DNA of 60,537 nt from Nitrospirota bacterium (GCA_963701855.1 CAVPBK010000008.1:1-60537); one strand, 5' to 3'; shown: positions 9,235 to 19,088, numbered from the stretch's first letter. Notes: generated by a model not told the origin, from the sequence alone. Numbers and translations are program-made.

Positions 9235-9531
9235 GCCTGTCCACTTTTTTCCTCCTTCACCTACCCTCTTTGCCTTGCTATCTTGCTTTCTTTCCCTGAG
9301 AGAGGTGCATCACAGCGGTTTCTGCGTATTTCGTGGCTACGTCAGCATGACCCGCTTTCCCATGCTCAATTGCTTCTTTCAGATGTGAGATCCCTTCCCC
9401 CACATGCGGATTATCCGTGTCTCCCTTCAAGGCATTCTGCAACGCGTGTTTCGCATGTTCCAGGAGTGCCTCAGCATCACCATCTTTACCATGGAACACC
9501 GCTACTTTCGCGTGCTCGATGGCGTCCTTGA
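8341..9531 (+). CDS. IS3 transposase OrfB (DDE); no stop inside the IS, reads past the IR
   Basis: WVGDLT, HTDQG, NAVAESFF; similarity ends near 9200. Confidence 0.9.
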   Translation: MRYRFIYAHQAEHRLTRLCQTLGVSRSGYYAWRRRPASARTRANARLLEHMQQLHRQTQARYGAIKMWHTLLASGVVCGRHQVARLRRLHGLEARRMRRFRMLTERHQFAPAAPNRLHQVFVAPAVNRIWVGDLTAIATRSGWLYLAVLLDLYSRRVIGWAMSAKPDQHLAIEALQMALVSRRPHQGLMPHTDQGATYTSVAYQHRLAEHGIVVSMSRKGNCYDNAVAESFFSTLKNELVHERDYHTREEARAEIFEFIEVFYNRQRLHQTLGYVSPEQFETQNLSPFGGVCGIGGSSACPLFSSFTYPLCLAILLSFPERGASQRFLRISWLRQHDPLSHAQLLLSDVRSLPPHADYPCLPSRHSATRVSHVPGVPQHHHLYHGTPLLSRARWRP

Positions 9532-9658
9532 GGTTCTGCTCTTCTTGAAGCACAACGTCACGCCGCGCGCCCCCGCCCCCGCCGAATACCGGTTGCAAAG
9601 GCAGCACAGTGGTGGCGACTAAGGCTAGAACTCCAGCCAGCGTGACAGCTTGTTGCAT
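9278..9658 (-). CDS. smbP: Small metal-binding protein SmbP family
   Basis: Signal peptide; His-repeat helices AIEHAK..HG..LLEHA..HL.EAIEHGKAGHADVAT. Confidence 0.85.
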   Translation of the reverse strand: MQQAVTLAGVLALVATTVLPLQPVFGGGGGARRDVVLQEEQNLKDAIEHAKVAVFHGKDGDAEALLEHAKHALQNALKGDTDNPHVGEGISHLKEAIEHGKAGHADVATKYAETAVMHLSQGKKAR

Positions 9659-9836
9659 TGTAGATCCTCTCATTGGCATTCTCCCTTTCTCAAAAGAAGT
9701 GAAAAGACCTCCATTAGGGTGAGAGGCCTAAATTCGAAAGGTCTTCATAGCACGTCATGGCGGATATATATAACGCGAAGTGGATTTTTTGCGCAACGAG
9801 AAGAAAGAGAAAATGCGATATAAAAAGGTGTCAGGG

Positions 9837-10896
9837 TGCATTCAAGATCCTAGTGCAACAGGTGGTGAAACGCATGCGCGGGGCTGTGCCAGTTCAAAAT
9901 CTTTCGGGGCCGATCATTGAGCATCACCTGCACCCGCTTGATCTTAGCGCGAGACAACTGAGTGAACCGTGTCCCCTTGGGAAAGAACTGGCGGAGCAAG
10001 CCATTCGTGTTCTCATTCGTGCCTCGCTCCCACGGCGAATGTGGATGGGCAAAATAGACCCGCATCTTGGTCTGCTTAGTGAAGAGCCGATGCTCCCGCA
10101 TTTCGGGTCCTTGGTCGTACGTGAGGGAGCGACGAAGCTGCGCCGGCAGCGTCCGCAGTTCACGCGCGAAGGCCTGCCGCACGGTGGCCGCATCCTTGGC
10201 TTTCAGCGGCACCAGCAATGTAAACCGTGTCGTCCGCTCCACCAGTGTGCCAAGCGCCGACGCATTGGCATGGGCCGACCAGCAAGTCCCCCTCCCAATG
10301 CCCCGGCACCGTACGATCAGCGACCTCTTGGGGGCGCTGATCAATACTGATCAGCGCCTGAATGGGCCGCGACGAGAGGCCCACCTTGCGCGACCGACGA
10401 AAACGATGTCGGCGACGAAGATACCGGGCGAGTTCCCGCTTCAAGGCTCCGCTAGGCAGCACATACAGATAGGTATAGATGGCTTCATGCGAGATCCGCA
10501 TCGTCGGTTCGTCAGGATACCGCTGCGGCAACCCGCGTGCAATCTGTTCGGGAGACCAGCGGTGGGCGAGCAGGTGCAAGACGGCGGCGCGCAAGCGCGC
10601 GCGGACCACGAGCTTCCGAGGCTTGCGCGGCTGGTGGGCCCAGCGCTGCGCCCGTTGATGGGCGGGCACCGCTCGATAGGTGATCGGCGAAGTCCGATGG
10701 CGTGTAAGTTCACGCGACAGGGTGCTCGGGGCTCGACTCAGCGCCTGGGCGGTAACTCGGAGACTATGACCCGCAGCCAACATGCGACTCAACTCCTCAC
10801 GTTCCATGAGACTCAATCGTTGATATTGGGCCATGTGCAACTCCTTGGTTCCTGGATTAACCAGGATACTGGTGTTGCACTAGAACCTTGAACCCA
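9837..10896 (-). mobile_element. IS30-family element
   Basis: IRs TGCATTCAAGATCCTAGTGCAACA / TGGGTTCAAGGTTCTAGTGCAACA. Confidence 0.85.
9850..10834 (-). pseudogene. IS30 transposase, frameshift near 10272
   Basis: HTH, SHEAIY and GHWEGD in one frame; TLVER, TYDQG, WERGTNENTNGLLRQFFPK in another. Confidence 0.9.
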
Positions 10897-11249
10897 GACA
10901 GGAACCATTTCGCGGCGCGAGGCAGCAACTTCCTCCTGCTCTACCGTACCTAACACATCGCGATTTCAGTTATCGTTTGGGTTGACATCGTAATGCCTTT
11001 AACCTGACCGTGGCCCCTTGGCGACAGGGGTAAGGTCTTTTTGAATTTCCCCATTTTTTTGGAACCTCTTTTCCATGAGCTGTGTATCCCCCTTTACCTG
11101 ACCGGCAACCGCCCCACAACTGACACCCCTTCGCAAGGGTGGCGCCAGGGGGTACCTAGCAAAGCGAGGCGAGCGTAGACACTTTCATGCCCCCACTGTA
11201 TCCTAGTAATCGCCAGCGATCACAAGGACCATACCATCCGGAGAAGTGA

Positions 11250-11912
11250 GTGGACGAGTTCATCAGCGAGGACGATCTCAAGTCATTCGACGGATGGTTG
11301 CGGTATCAGGCTATTGACGCAACCGCGATCACGTCAGAGGAATTAGCGACGTGGCGGCGCATCTTCGAGGAAGCGAGGCAGCGCTGCGCCGTGAATCCCA
11401 AAGTGGGATTGATGAAGCTTCAGCCGGTCCCCGGTGAGTATCGGTACGCAGTAGTAGTCAGAGACCTCGCCGATCTCCGACTCACACTCTGGATAAAGCG
11501 TTCGCGGACGGGCGAGTTTTCCATCATGCTCCCGCGAGGTGATCGAGAGTGGGACGTTCACACGAGTTACCATCTCGACGGCACCCTGCGCATGAAAAGC
11601 CACGGGAGTAAGGCCTTCACCTCGGACCGCCGCCAGCCGTTGAACGACACGTTCCGAGGAAGTGAACACCTTGGGACCTATTTGGGCTATGGCCCGAAGA
11701 GCGTTGGAGCGATTTGCGATCCCATAGCCTTCGCGGGCGTTGTCGAGGTCTCGCCGGACGTATGGGGGCCAATGGACGGCTGGGTGGCGGTGGAGCTCGT
11801 GGAGCCTGGCACAGAGCCCATGAATATCCCTTACCCCCAAATCATCACCCGAAGGCAATTTACCGACCTCCTGCCGTGGGTCGTCATCACCGTGGGTATG
11901 CCAGCAGGCTAA
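11250..11912 (+). CDS. Hypothetical protein
   Basis: 220-aa ORF with GGAG RBS; no recognised motif. Confidence 0.7.
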   Translation: MDEFISEDDLKSFDGWLRYQAIDATAITSEELATWRRIFEEARQRCAVNPKVGLMKLQPVPGEYRYAVVVRDLADLRLTLWIKRSRTGEFSIMLPRGDREWDVHTSYHLDGTLRMKSHGSKAFTSDRRQPLNDTFRGSEHLGTYLGYGPKSVGAICDPIAFAGVVEVSPDVWGPMDGWVAVELVEPGTEPMNIPYPQIITRRQFTDLLPWVVITVGMPAG

Positions 11913-11951
11913 AACTGTCGCATACTTCTCACCATCACAATTTGATGCGGT

Positions 11952-12125
11952 TCTCCTGACTCTACATCCTCCCCCTACCCCATCATCGGCAACCGACGAA
12001 GCCACATCTACCACCGCCCAAACTGCCCGAACTACAGCCAGGTTGCGCCACAGAACAGAGTAGCGTTTAATAGCGCGACAGAAACGGAAGATGCGGGGAA
12101 TCGAGTCTCAGCGAATTGTCCATAA
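11952..12125 (+). pseudogene. Ada-type metal-binding domain fragment
   Basis: PIIGNRRSHIYHRPNCPNY...NRVAFNSATETEDAGNRVSANCP*; no start codon. Confidence 0.75.
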
Positions 12126-12164
12126 CAACCTACTCAAGCGAGATGTCTAACTTACTTTTCTGAA

Positions 12165-12470
12165 ATGCCCAAGCAACTCGATACAAGTCAAATCGTTACA
12201 ATTCTCAAATCCGGCGACTTTGACGAACTCGTGGGAACCGTTGAGGACGACCATTTCGAGTGCAAAGCAGAGCCATACCGCATAGAGGACGAGCATCAAA
12301 AGTTTGAACTGGCTAAGGATGTCTCTGCCCTTGCAAATGCTCAGGGCGGGATCATTTTGATTGGCGTTCAAACAGAGAGAGATTCAACGCGCGCCACAGA
12401 CGTAATCAGTAAAATTCGCCCATTTGGCGACACTGTGAGAAGGCCCAGCCGTCAAACGGACCCGCTTTGA
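12165..12470 (+). pseudogene. Truncated AlbA_2/Schlafen-domain protein
   Basis: EDDHFECK...ELAKDVSALANAQGGIILIGV; runs directly into the integrase remnant. Confidence 0.75.
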
Positions 12471-13489
12471 GGATCTCATTGAGGAACTGAAAAACGACTA
12501 TATCCTCAAGCGGCGCAAGACCTGGAAGCTGCGCGAGCAACATCTTGCTCACCTGAAGCCAGTTTTTGGAAGCATGCGAGCGAAGGCGATCACGACACCA
12601 AAACTTCAAGCCTACGTGACCAAGCGGTTAGACGAGAAAGCAGCCCCCGCCACCGTAAATAGAGAATTGGACTGTCTGCACCGCATGATGATTCTCGGCC
12701 AACAGCACACCCCCCAAGATCATCTTTATCCCACATTTCCCGCGACTCGCTGAAGATAATGTGCGGGAAGGGTTCTGCGAGCATGATGCCTGCCTGTGTA
12801 TTCGAGGCGCGGCCCCCTATCACATCCAAGTAGCGGCGACGATTGGATACTACACAGGAATGCGAAAGGCGGAGATTCTCTCTCTCCAGTGGGATAAGCA
12901 CATGGATATGGAGCAGCACTGTATCCGGCTGGAGCGAAAGCAGACCAAAACCAACACGTCACGCGGTCTATACATGACGGGCGATTTCTTGAAGGTGATG
13001 TTGAAGGCGAAGGAAGTTCGAGATCGTGAGTATCCAACCTGTCCGTGGGTGGTTCATTTGAGGGGCCAGCGAGTGAAGAGTTTCGATCATGGCTGGACTG
13101 CCTTGATGAAGCACCTAGGCATGTCAGGAACTTTGTTCCATGATCTGCGCCGAACGGGAGTGCGTAACCTCGTGAGGGCAGGGGTGCCCGAGACCGTTGC
13201 GATGAAGATTAGCGGTCACAAAACACGATCTGTCTTTAACCGGTATAACATTACCAGCGAAGAGGACTTGAAGCAGGCGGCAAACCGGCTTGATGACTAC
13301 ATTCAGCAGAAAATGGTTACACTTCCGGTTACACTTGAGGAGGCAGCGGGTCGGAATGACTCGGACCCGGATGCACAACCTCTTGAAAATTGGCGGAGAG
13401 GGTGGGGATCGAACCCACGGTCCCGTTGCCAGGACAGCAGTTTTCGAGACTGCCCGATTCGGCCACTCTCGCACCTCTCCGCAGGGTAG
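12455..13489 (+). pseudogene. Tyrosine recombinase/phage integrase, N-terminally frameshifted
   Basis: TGMRKAEI, FHDLRRT, SGHKT, RYNI catalytic motifs; upstream APATVNREL lies in another frame; adjacent to tRNA 3' end. Confidence 0.9.
13391..13480 (-). tRNA. tRNA-Ser (anticodon CGA)
   Basis: GGAGAGG acceptor stem, GCAGT-CTCGAAA-ACTGC anticodon arm, long variable arm, GGTTCGATCC, encoded CCA. Confidence 0.97.
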
Positions 13490-13660
13490 AACTTGCCTCA
13501 CGTCAGGATAGGGGTGGGGTAAATATGTCGTCGTTGTGACCGGCTCTGGGGGGAGCTTACCCTGGGGAGTGTGATTTTTCAATCGGTTTTCTTTCTGCTC
13601 GAAGACCGATAGGGCTGGTAGGCAGACGATGTTGCTGGAGTCTACTATAGGAGGGTACAG

Positions 13661-14443
13661 GTGAATCCTGGTGTCAGTGAGCCAACTGTTGCCTTTTCTT
13701 CGGCTGAGTTAATTGCAACGACCTGTTGGTTGGCACCGATCGAGATAGAGGATCGGACCATTCATGTCTGGGGCTTCTTGCTCGACGGAAGCCCGTCTTT
13801 CGTGGAGCAGTGTCGTTCTTGGTTGAGTGAAAAGGAGCTCGGTAGGGCGGCACGGTTTATCCGCCAACAAGATCAACTCCGATACGTCCTCGCACATGGC
13901 AGCTGCAGGGCCGTGCTGGCCCGTTACACCGGCCTTGACCCTTCGTCCGTGACGTTTCAAATGGGAGAGACAGGAAAACCTGCGCTTGCAGAGACGAATA
14001 ATGGCCGGCACCGCATCCATTTTAATCTTTCCCACTCCCATGGACGCATGCTCATTGCGGTGGCCCTTGGTCAGGACATCGGCACCGACCTCGAACAGAT
14101 TCGAGACAAAGTCCAAGTGGTCAAGCTGGCGGAACGCTTCTATGCGCCATCGGAGCATGGCAGAGTGGCAGGCGTGACTGGCTTGGATCAGACAAAACGG
14201 TTCTACCGGTATTGGGTCGCGAAAGAAGCGGTGCTGAAAGGCCAGGCGGGGGCGATATGGTCATTGCCGCAATGCGAAATTCTCGATTCATGTGATGCTT
14301 CGAGGGCCGAGGTCCACCTGTTAGAAGGGGCAGCCATGAAACCTGGATGGACCGTTCACTGGCTCGAATGTGGGCCTGAATGGGCAGGAGCCGTGTCGGC
14401 ATACGGCAGTGATTGGACCATTCGCGCTATGACGAGAGGATAG
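13661..14443 (+). CDS. Sfp-type 4'-phosphopantetheinyl transferase
   Basis: GKP, FNLSHS, IGTDLE, WVAKEAVLK. Confidence 0.93.
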   Translation: MNPGVSEPTVAFSSAELIATTCWLAPIEIEDRTIHVWGFLLDGSPSFVEQCRSWLSEKELGRAARFIRQQDQLRYVLAHGSCRAVLARYTGLDPSSVTFQMGETGKPALAETNNGRHRIHFNLSHSHGRMLIAVALGQDIGTDLEQIRDKVQVVKLAERFYAPSEHGRVAGVTGLDQTKRFYRYWVAKEAVLKGQAGAIWSLPQCEILDSCDASRAEVHLLEGAAMKPGWTVHWLECGPEWAGAVSAYGSDWTIRAMTRG

Positions 14444-14463
14444 TTGCGGAGTTTTTTCCTTCT

Positions 14464-14934
14464 TCATCCCGTTCGTAACTGTCTAAAAAACTGCTGCAGT
14501 AGTGTCTGGCTCTCTTCTTTGAGCAATCCGCCGACAATCTCAACGCGGTGATTCAAGTGCGGTTCGTTTGTAAGATCAAACACCGATCCGCAGGCGCCGG
14601 CTTTCTGATCCCACGCCCCAAACACGATCCGGGGAATCCTCGCCAGGATAATCGCGCCGATACACATCGCGCAGGGCTCGACGGTTACATAGAGAGTCGT
14701 GTCAGTCAATCGCCATGTGCCCAATGCGGTCGCTGCAGCACGGATCGCAATGACCTCCGCATGGGCCGTGGGGTCTTGCCAGAGCTCGCGATAGTTGTGT
14801 GTTTGCGCCAGAACCTGGCCGTCTTGAACGATCAAGGCGGCGATCGGTACTTCGCCGACGACCGGCGCCCGGGCTGCTTCTTCCAGGGCCATCTGCATAA
14901 ACGTAAGGTCTTGTGTGCGCTCGTTTCCGGGCAC
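14464..14934 (-). CDS. tadA: tRNA adenosine(34) deaminase
   Basis: DPTAHAE, TLYVTVEPCAMC. Confidence 0.95.
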   Translation of the reverse strand: MPGNERTQDLTFMQMALEEAARAPVVGEVPIAALIVQDGQVLAQTHNYRELWQDPTAHAEVIAIRAAATALGTWRLTDTTLYVTVEPCAMCIGAIILARIPRIVFGAWDQKAGACGSVFDLTNEPHLNHRVEIVGGLLKEESQTLLQQFFRQLRTG

Positions 14935-14962
14935 GGTTCTCTCCTCAACAGAAGACTGTTGC

Positions 14963-15040
14963 TGGTTTATCTGGTTTTTTTGGTTGGATGAACCTGATCA
15001 GATAAACCAAATAAACAAAACAAACCAAACAGACCAGATT
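14963..15040. repeat. 9-mer tandem repeats in inverted arms
   Basis: GTTTATCTG.. then CAGATAAAC CAAATAAAC AAAACAAAC CAAACAGAC. Confidence 0.7.
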
Positions 15041-16055
15041 AGGACCGGCTCAAAAGATAGACCGGTCCGGTTGGTTCTGGGCGGCCGCCTGAGGGCTCAA
15101 GGCTGACGGAAAAGCTCTTTGCATCCGCGAAGGTCGGCACCTTTCTGGCCAGCAGATGAGCGGTTTCTCCGAAACCAATATGAAAGGACCCGATGCTCAC
15201 GGGTTTGTCATGAATGGCCCATAGCTGATAGGTCTTGCCGGTGGGACATTCCGGCAGGTTCATGGAGTAGAGCCAGACGTTTTGGGTTCGAGCATCGTAC
15301 AGCAGGAACCCCGCTGCCCGTTGTGCCATGTCCGATCCGGTGAGAGACACGGCTTTGACGTTGGGAATTCGAAGGAGCGTGGCCAATTCATCTTGCGGAG
15401 TCCTGCCGGTACGAGCGTTACCTTGCTGGTTTAATTGATCACGTGTCTCTTCCAGTTCAGCCTCGCGCTGGGCCAGTTGCTCCTTGGCTTCCGTGGCTTC
15501 GTTCGTTCGTTGCTGTAAGTTGTTGCGTAATTCGGCGAGAGCTTTGGCTTGGTCGCCGACCTCACGCTGCACATCGGCAAGTTTCGTCGACTTGTGCTGA
15601 AGCGATGCTTCGAGCTGCTGAATCTTCGATGTGTCGGTGGATCGTTGCGTCGATACGTTCCATGCGAAATATCCACCGACCACCATGATCAGGAGTGCAG
15701 CCAAGCCTAGGGCCCAGGGTAGTGACGACGATCGGGCAGGGGCGACGGGAGGAAAGAGATGGTTCATCCATTCACCAGCTTCCAGACTTTGCCGGGCCGG
15801 TTCGTTTGGCGGCATTTCCGATGGAATAGGTGTGGGGTTTCTCTCGGCCATGATCGTGGCTTTGAGGGAGCGTGGAGGTGCGATTGGACTGAGACTGAGC
15901 GGAAGGAGCGCGGCGATGGACTGATAGTTCTTCAGCGCACTGTGACAGGAGGCGCAGCCGGAGAGTAAGTGGGCTTCCAGCGTCTGTCGCTCGATTTTGT
16001 CTAGCGCGCCTGCGGCATACAAAGGAACCGATTCTTCGAGTTCTTCATGCGTCAT
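15039..16055 (-). CDS. Anti-sigma factor (zf-HC2, TM, coiled coil, RskA-like C-terminus)
   Basis: EAHLLSGCASC; YQLWAI; SVSLEPSGGRPEPTGPV. Confidence 0.9.
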   Translation of the reverse strand: MTHEELEESVPLYAAGALDKIERQTLEAHLLSGCASCHSALKNYQSIAALLPLSLSPIAPPRSLKATIMAERNPTPIPSEMPPNEPARQSLEAGEWMNHLFPPVAPARSSSLPWALGLAALLIMVVGGYFAWNVSTQRSTDTSKIQQLEASLQHKSTKLADVQREVGDQAKALAELRNNLQQRTNEATEAKEQLAQREAELEETRDQLNQQGNARTGRTPQDELATLLRIPNVKAVSLTGSDMAQRAAGFLLYDARTQNVWLYSMNLPECPTGKTYQLWAIHDKPVSIGSFHIGFGETAHLLARKVPTFADAKSFSVSLEPSGGRPEPTGPVYLLSRS

Positions 16056-16654
16056 TGAAGATCACCATGGTTCCCCCACTGTTGGAGACCATCCCGGAGT
16101 TTTGACATTCCCAGTTTAATCCGTGTCTTGACGGTTCCCAGCGGCTGGTTCAGCCGCGCGGCAATCTCGGCATGGGAGAGTCCTTCGTAATAGGCGAGTT
16201 CGATCGCTTGTTGCTGCGCCTGGGGTAATCCAGCCACAGCTGTTCCGACCGCAATACGCAGTTCCTGATCGGACTGCGTTTCAAGCGGGCTCGGACCAGG
16301 ATCCGCTATCTGCACAGCGGTTTCGGCTTCCAGCGAGTTCGTAGCCCGATAGCCTCGTGCAGCTCTGGCTCGCAGCCGATCGATGGCCCTGCTCTTGGTG
16401 AGGGTGATCAACCATGCGACCGGGGTTCCACGCCCAACGTCATAGCGGGAGACTTTCCGCCAGACTTCCAAATAGACATCCTGCAAGAGTTCTGCTGCTT
16501 CCTCGCGATTCCCTAAGATTTTGACTGCCAACGTGAATAAAAGCGTACTCGAATGGTCATAGAGCTGACTGAATGCTTGTTGATCGCCTTTGACCACAAG
16601 TGCCAGCAGGTTTGGGTCGATCATCGAGGTGGTGTGTTGAGAGGGTTTGTCCAT
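16052..16654 (-). CDS. ECF sigma factor (SigK-like)
   Basis: Region 2 LQDVYLEVW..WLITL; region 4 LSHAEIAARLNQPLGTVKTRI. Confidence 0.95.
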   Translation of the reverse strand: MDKPSQHTTSMIDPNLLALVVKGDQQAFSQLYDHSSTLLFTLAVKILGNREEAAELLQDVYLEVWRKVSRYDVGRGTPVAWLITLTKSRAIDRLRARAARGYRATNSLEAETAVQIADPGPSPLETQSDQELRIAVGTAVAGLPQAQQQAIELAYYEGLSHAEIAARLNQPLGTVKTRIKLGMSKLRDGLQQWGNHGDLQ

Positions 16655-16903
16655 AACACGAGCGAGGTGTGCGAGAGAAACTGAATCTACCTCATGTCCG
16701 CCACGACTATAGCACTCTACGGAAGCAACGGGCAAAAGGATGTGTGCTTTGGCATCCTGCTAGGTTATGTGACGCTCACGGTGGATTTGCCGACATTGCG
16801 ACTCTCGACCGGCGTCTCGGAGAGATTGGCGGAACAGAAGTGTGATGATCCGGTTGCTCACGCTGCCAAAGATTCTGAAAAAGAGTATGAAGATGCGCAC
16901 GCG

Positions 16904-18001
16904 TCAGCCGCTCGAATCGAGAAGGTACGGGGCGAGAATAGCTGCTGCCTGTGCTGCCCCCGTAGGTGGAGGCGGAGCGGCTGAAGGTATGGCAGTTTCG
17001 TTAGACTTTCTGATCGCCGCCTCCCAACGGCCCGCCTTGAATTCACTCATAGACATTTCCACGCCGCGACCATGCCGCTGTAGATAGTCTACCAGCGGCT
17101 GTTCGTCGACAAAGTTGTATCGCCGTACATACACGAGGGGTGTTTGCAACGCCACCGCTTCGACGATAGTGGCATAGCCCGGTTTGGTCATGATGACATC
17201 AACGGACGCCATCAAGGTCTTAAATGAAAGTGGCAGCGACCGCGTGGAGACGAATTGTGCGCGGTTCGTGGGAACGGGTCCGTCGAAGAGGAAACGATAG
17301 CCCGAGAGTTGCTCCAGATCGGCGAACGGGAGGGATGTCAAAGGAATGCCACCGAACCCTACCAAGACGGTTCGTTCTTTGGGCATCAGAGCGAGGAACG
17401 AAGCAAGTCGGCCTCGCTCAGGGGAGTTGGGGCTGGCTATCGGGCCAATATCGATCATGTTGGAGAAGGTATCGATTCTTGGAGCAGGGGTGATGCGAAG
17501 GGCTATGTCGGCTTTTGCATAGGATTCGCGGATGCGTTGAATCAACTGTTGCTGTGAATGGTCTGATGCCTGGCAATATTCCTTGAGTACGAGGTCCCAG
17601 GTAAAATTTGCCAAGGCGACGATCGGTATCTGCGCGCAGGAACTTGCCTCGATGGCGAGATATGGCGTGTCTGCGATAACCAGTGTGGGGGAGGCCGCCT
17701 GCATGGCAGCGACTTCTTGGGACAGACGTGCCCCCCAGGTGTTATGGAAGAGTTGGTGAGCCGCCCACGTTGCATCGATATCGATCGTGAGGGGGCCGTC
17801 TTGGATACAGCCGACATCCTGTTGTGCGGGACTGAGTGTCCACGGGATTGTCAGGCGGTCTTGGAAAAACGAGGCTGGGACTGTGGTGCGGATGATGGCG
17901 GTCACTCCGGGTACGAGAGCGCCCAGTGCATTGAGTACGGGCACCACTTGCGCCGCGTGACCGTAGCCATGTCCGGAGATGGCACACCAAATTATCGGCA
18001 T
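16904..18001 (-). CDS. GT-B glycosyltransferase-like protein
   Basis: SGHGYGHA; MTKPGYATIVEA. Confidence 0.8.
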   Translation of the reverse strand: MPIIWCAISGHGYGHAAQVVPVLNALGALVPGVTAIIRTTVPASFFQDRLTIPWTLSPAQQDVGCIQDGPLTIDIDATWAAHQLFHNTWGARLSQEVAAMQAASPTLVIADTPYLAIEASSCAQIPIVALANFTWDLVLKEYCQASDHSQQQLIQRIRESYAKADIALRITPAPRIDTFSNMIDIGPIASPNSPERGRLASFLALMPKERTVLVGFGGIPLTSLPFADLEQLSGYRFLFDGPVPTNRAQFVSTRSLPLSFKTLMASVDVIMTKPGYATIVEAVALQTPLVYVRRYNFVDEQPLVDYLQRHGRGVEMSMSEFKAGRWEAAIRKSNETAIPSAAPPPPTGAAQAAAILAPYLLDSSG

Positions 18002-18004
18002 AGT

Positions 18005-18128
18005 AGGGTGCTGAAAAAGCTCCTCAACATCGTTCTCGGCTCATCGAAATCCTCAACGTACCCCCAGAGGGTACGCCTCTGGTTTCGACTCGCCTGCGGC
18101 CTTGTTGAAGAAGCTTTTTGAGCACCCT
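18005..18128 (+). repeat. Palindromic MITE/REP-like element, copy 1
   Basis: Terminal IR AGGGTGCTGAAAAAGCT/AGCTTTTTGAGCACCCT; central CGTACC...GGTACG hairpin; homologous to 25199-25323. Confidence 0.85.
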
Positions 18129-18160
18129 GAATGAGATGCGTTAGGCCGTATGCCCATGGC

Positions 18161-18361
18161 TTAGCTGCTGGAGAATCCCGGTTCTATCGGGGCGATGTTG
18201 TATTGTAATTCGAGGTCAAACTCGTCGATCAATTCATTGGCCGTGGCAGTGCCGAGGTCGGACTTCACCTCGCTGATCACAAGATCGATCGCCACCCCGG
18301 CGTGTGCTCCGTACTGTGTCATCGCCGATTCGATTCGCTGTCTGGCCTCTTCAATTTTCAT
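18161..18361 (-). CDS. Small acidic hypothetical protein
   Basis: AAGGAG RBS, 66 aa. Confidence 0.8.
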   Translation of the reverse strand: MKIEEARQRIESAMTQYGAHAGVAIDLVISEVKSDLGTATANELIDEFDLELQYNIAPIEPGFSSS

Positions 18362-18394
18362 GGGACGCTCCTTGCTCGATCTAGATCCGATTCG

Positions 18395-18712
18395 TTATCC
18401 CAAGGTTTGTAGCAACGCTTCCATCTCAGGGACCAGGTCTCCCCCTCCATTCGATCGACCCGAGCGTGCCGCGTCGATGCCGGCTTGCAAGATGGGCTTC
18501 GCATGATCCTTCCGCCCCAAAGAGATTAAGGCGCGTCCGAGGCCTAGGTGTGACGCGACGTGGGTCGGATCCAGCTGTGTGGCGACAGTCAGGTGTTCAA
18601 TCGCCTCTTCGAGATTGCCGCCTTCTTGAATAAGTTTATTTCCGAGTCCATAACGGCCGAGAAATCCCTTTGGATTTTTGGCGACCATTTGTCTAAATGC
18701 ATCGAGATCCAT
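18395..18712 (-). CDS. Small TPR protein
   Basis: GGAGGAGG RBS; EAIEHLTVATQLDPTHVASHLGLGRAL. Confidence 0.85.
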   Translation of the reverse strand: MDLDAFRQMVAKNPKGFLGRYGLGNKLIQEGGNLEEAIEHLTVATQLDPTHVASHLGLGRALISLGRKDHAKPILQAGIDAARSGRSNGGGDLVPEMEALLQTLG

Positions 18713-18985
18713 ACTGCCTCCTCCTGCGTGCTGGACGAATGATACCACTGCAGGGGAGGGGAGAGCCAGCCCGGTCCGTCTGGTTCATCTGGTTATGGGG
18801 GTAGTTTCGTCAGTGACCCGATAGCCGATGCTGTGAGGATCCGTGAAAGAAATTGCATGCGATACCCACATCAGTATCCTGTGGGATATTTTATGGTGAA
18901 ACTTGAAGCAACAGGGTGACGCTCCAAAAATAGCAGCGGGTCAGGTTCTGTCCAAGAATATGCAGGATTCGTCTTGGTGGAAAGT

Positions 18986-19011
18986 AAAGAACCCCGCCCT
19001 ATCGAGCGGGG
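18986..19011 (-). terminator. Probable intrinsic terminator
   Basis: CCCCGCTC-GATA-GGGCGGGG-TTCTTT on the minus strand. Confidence 0.55.
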
Positions 19012-19088
19012 CATCCTGGCAGATCTTGGTGAAAAATATTAAACAGCTGGTGGCGGTTACTCGGATACACAGAAGCGCAAATGAGAGG

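Noticed and set aside
18986..19015. IS200/IS605 end hairpin
   Set aside because: No tnpA/tnpB nearby; a terminator explains it adequately.
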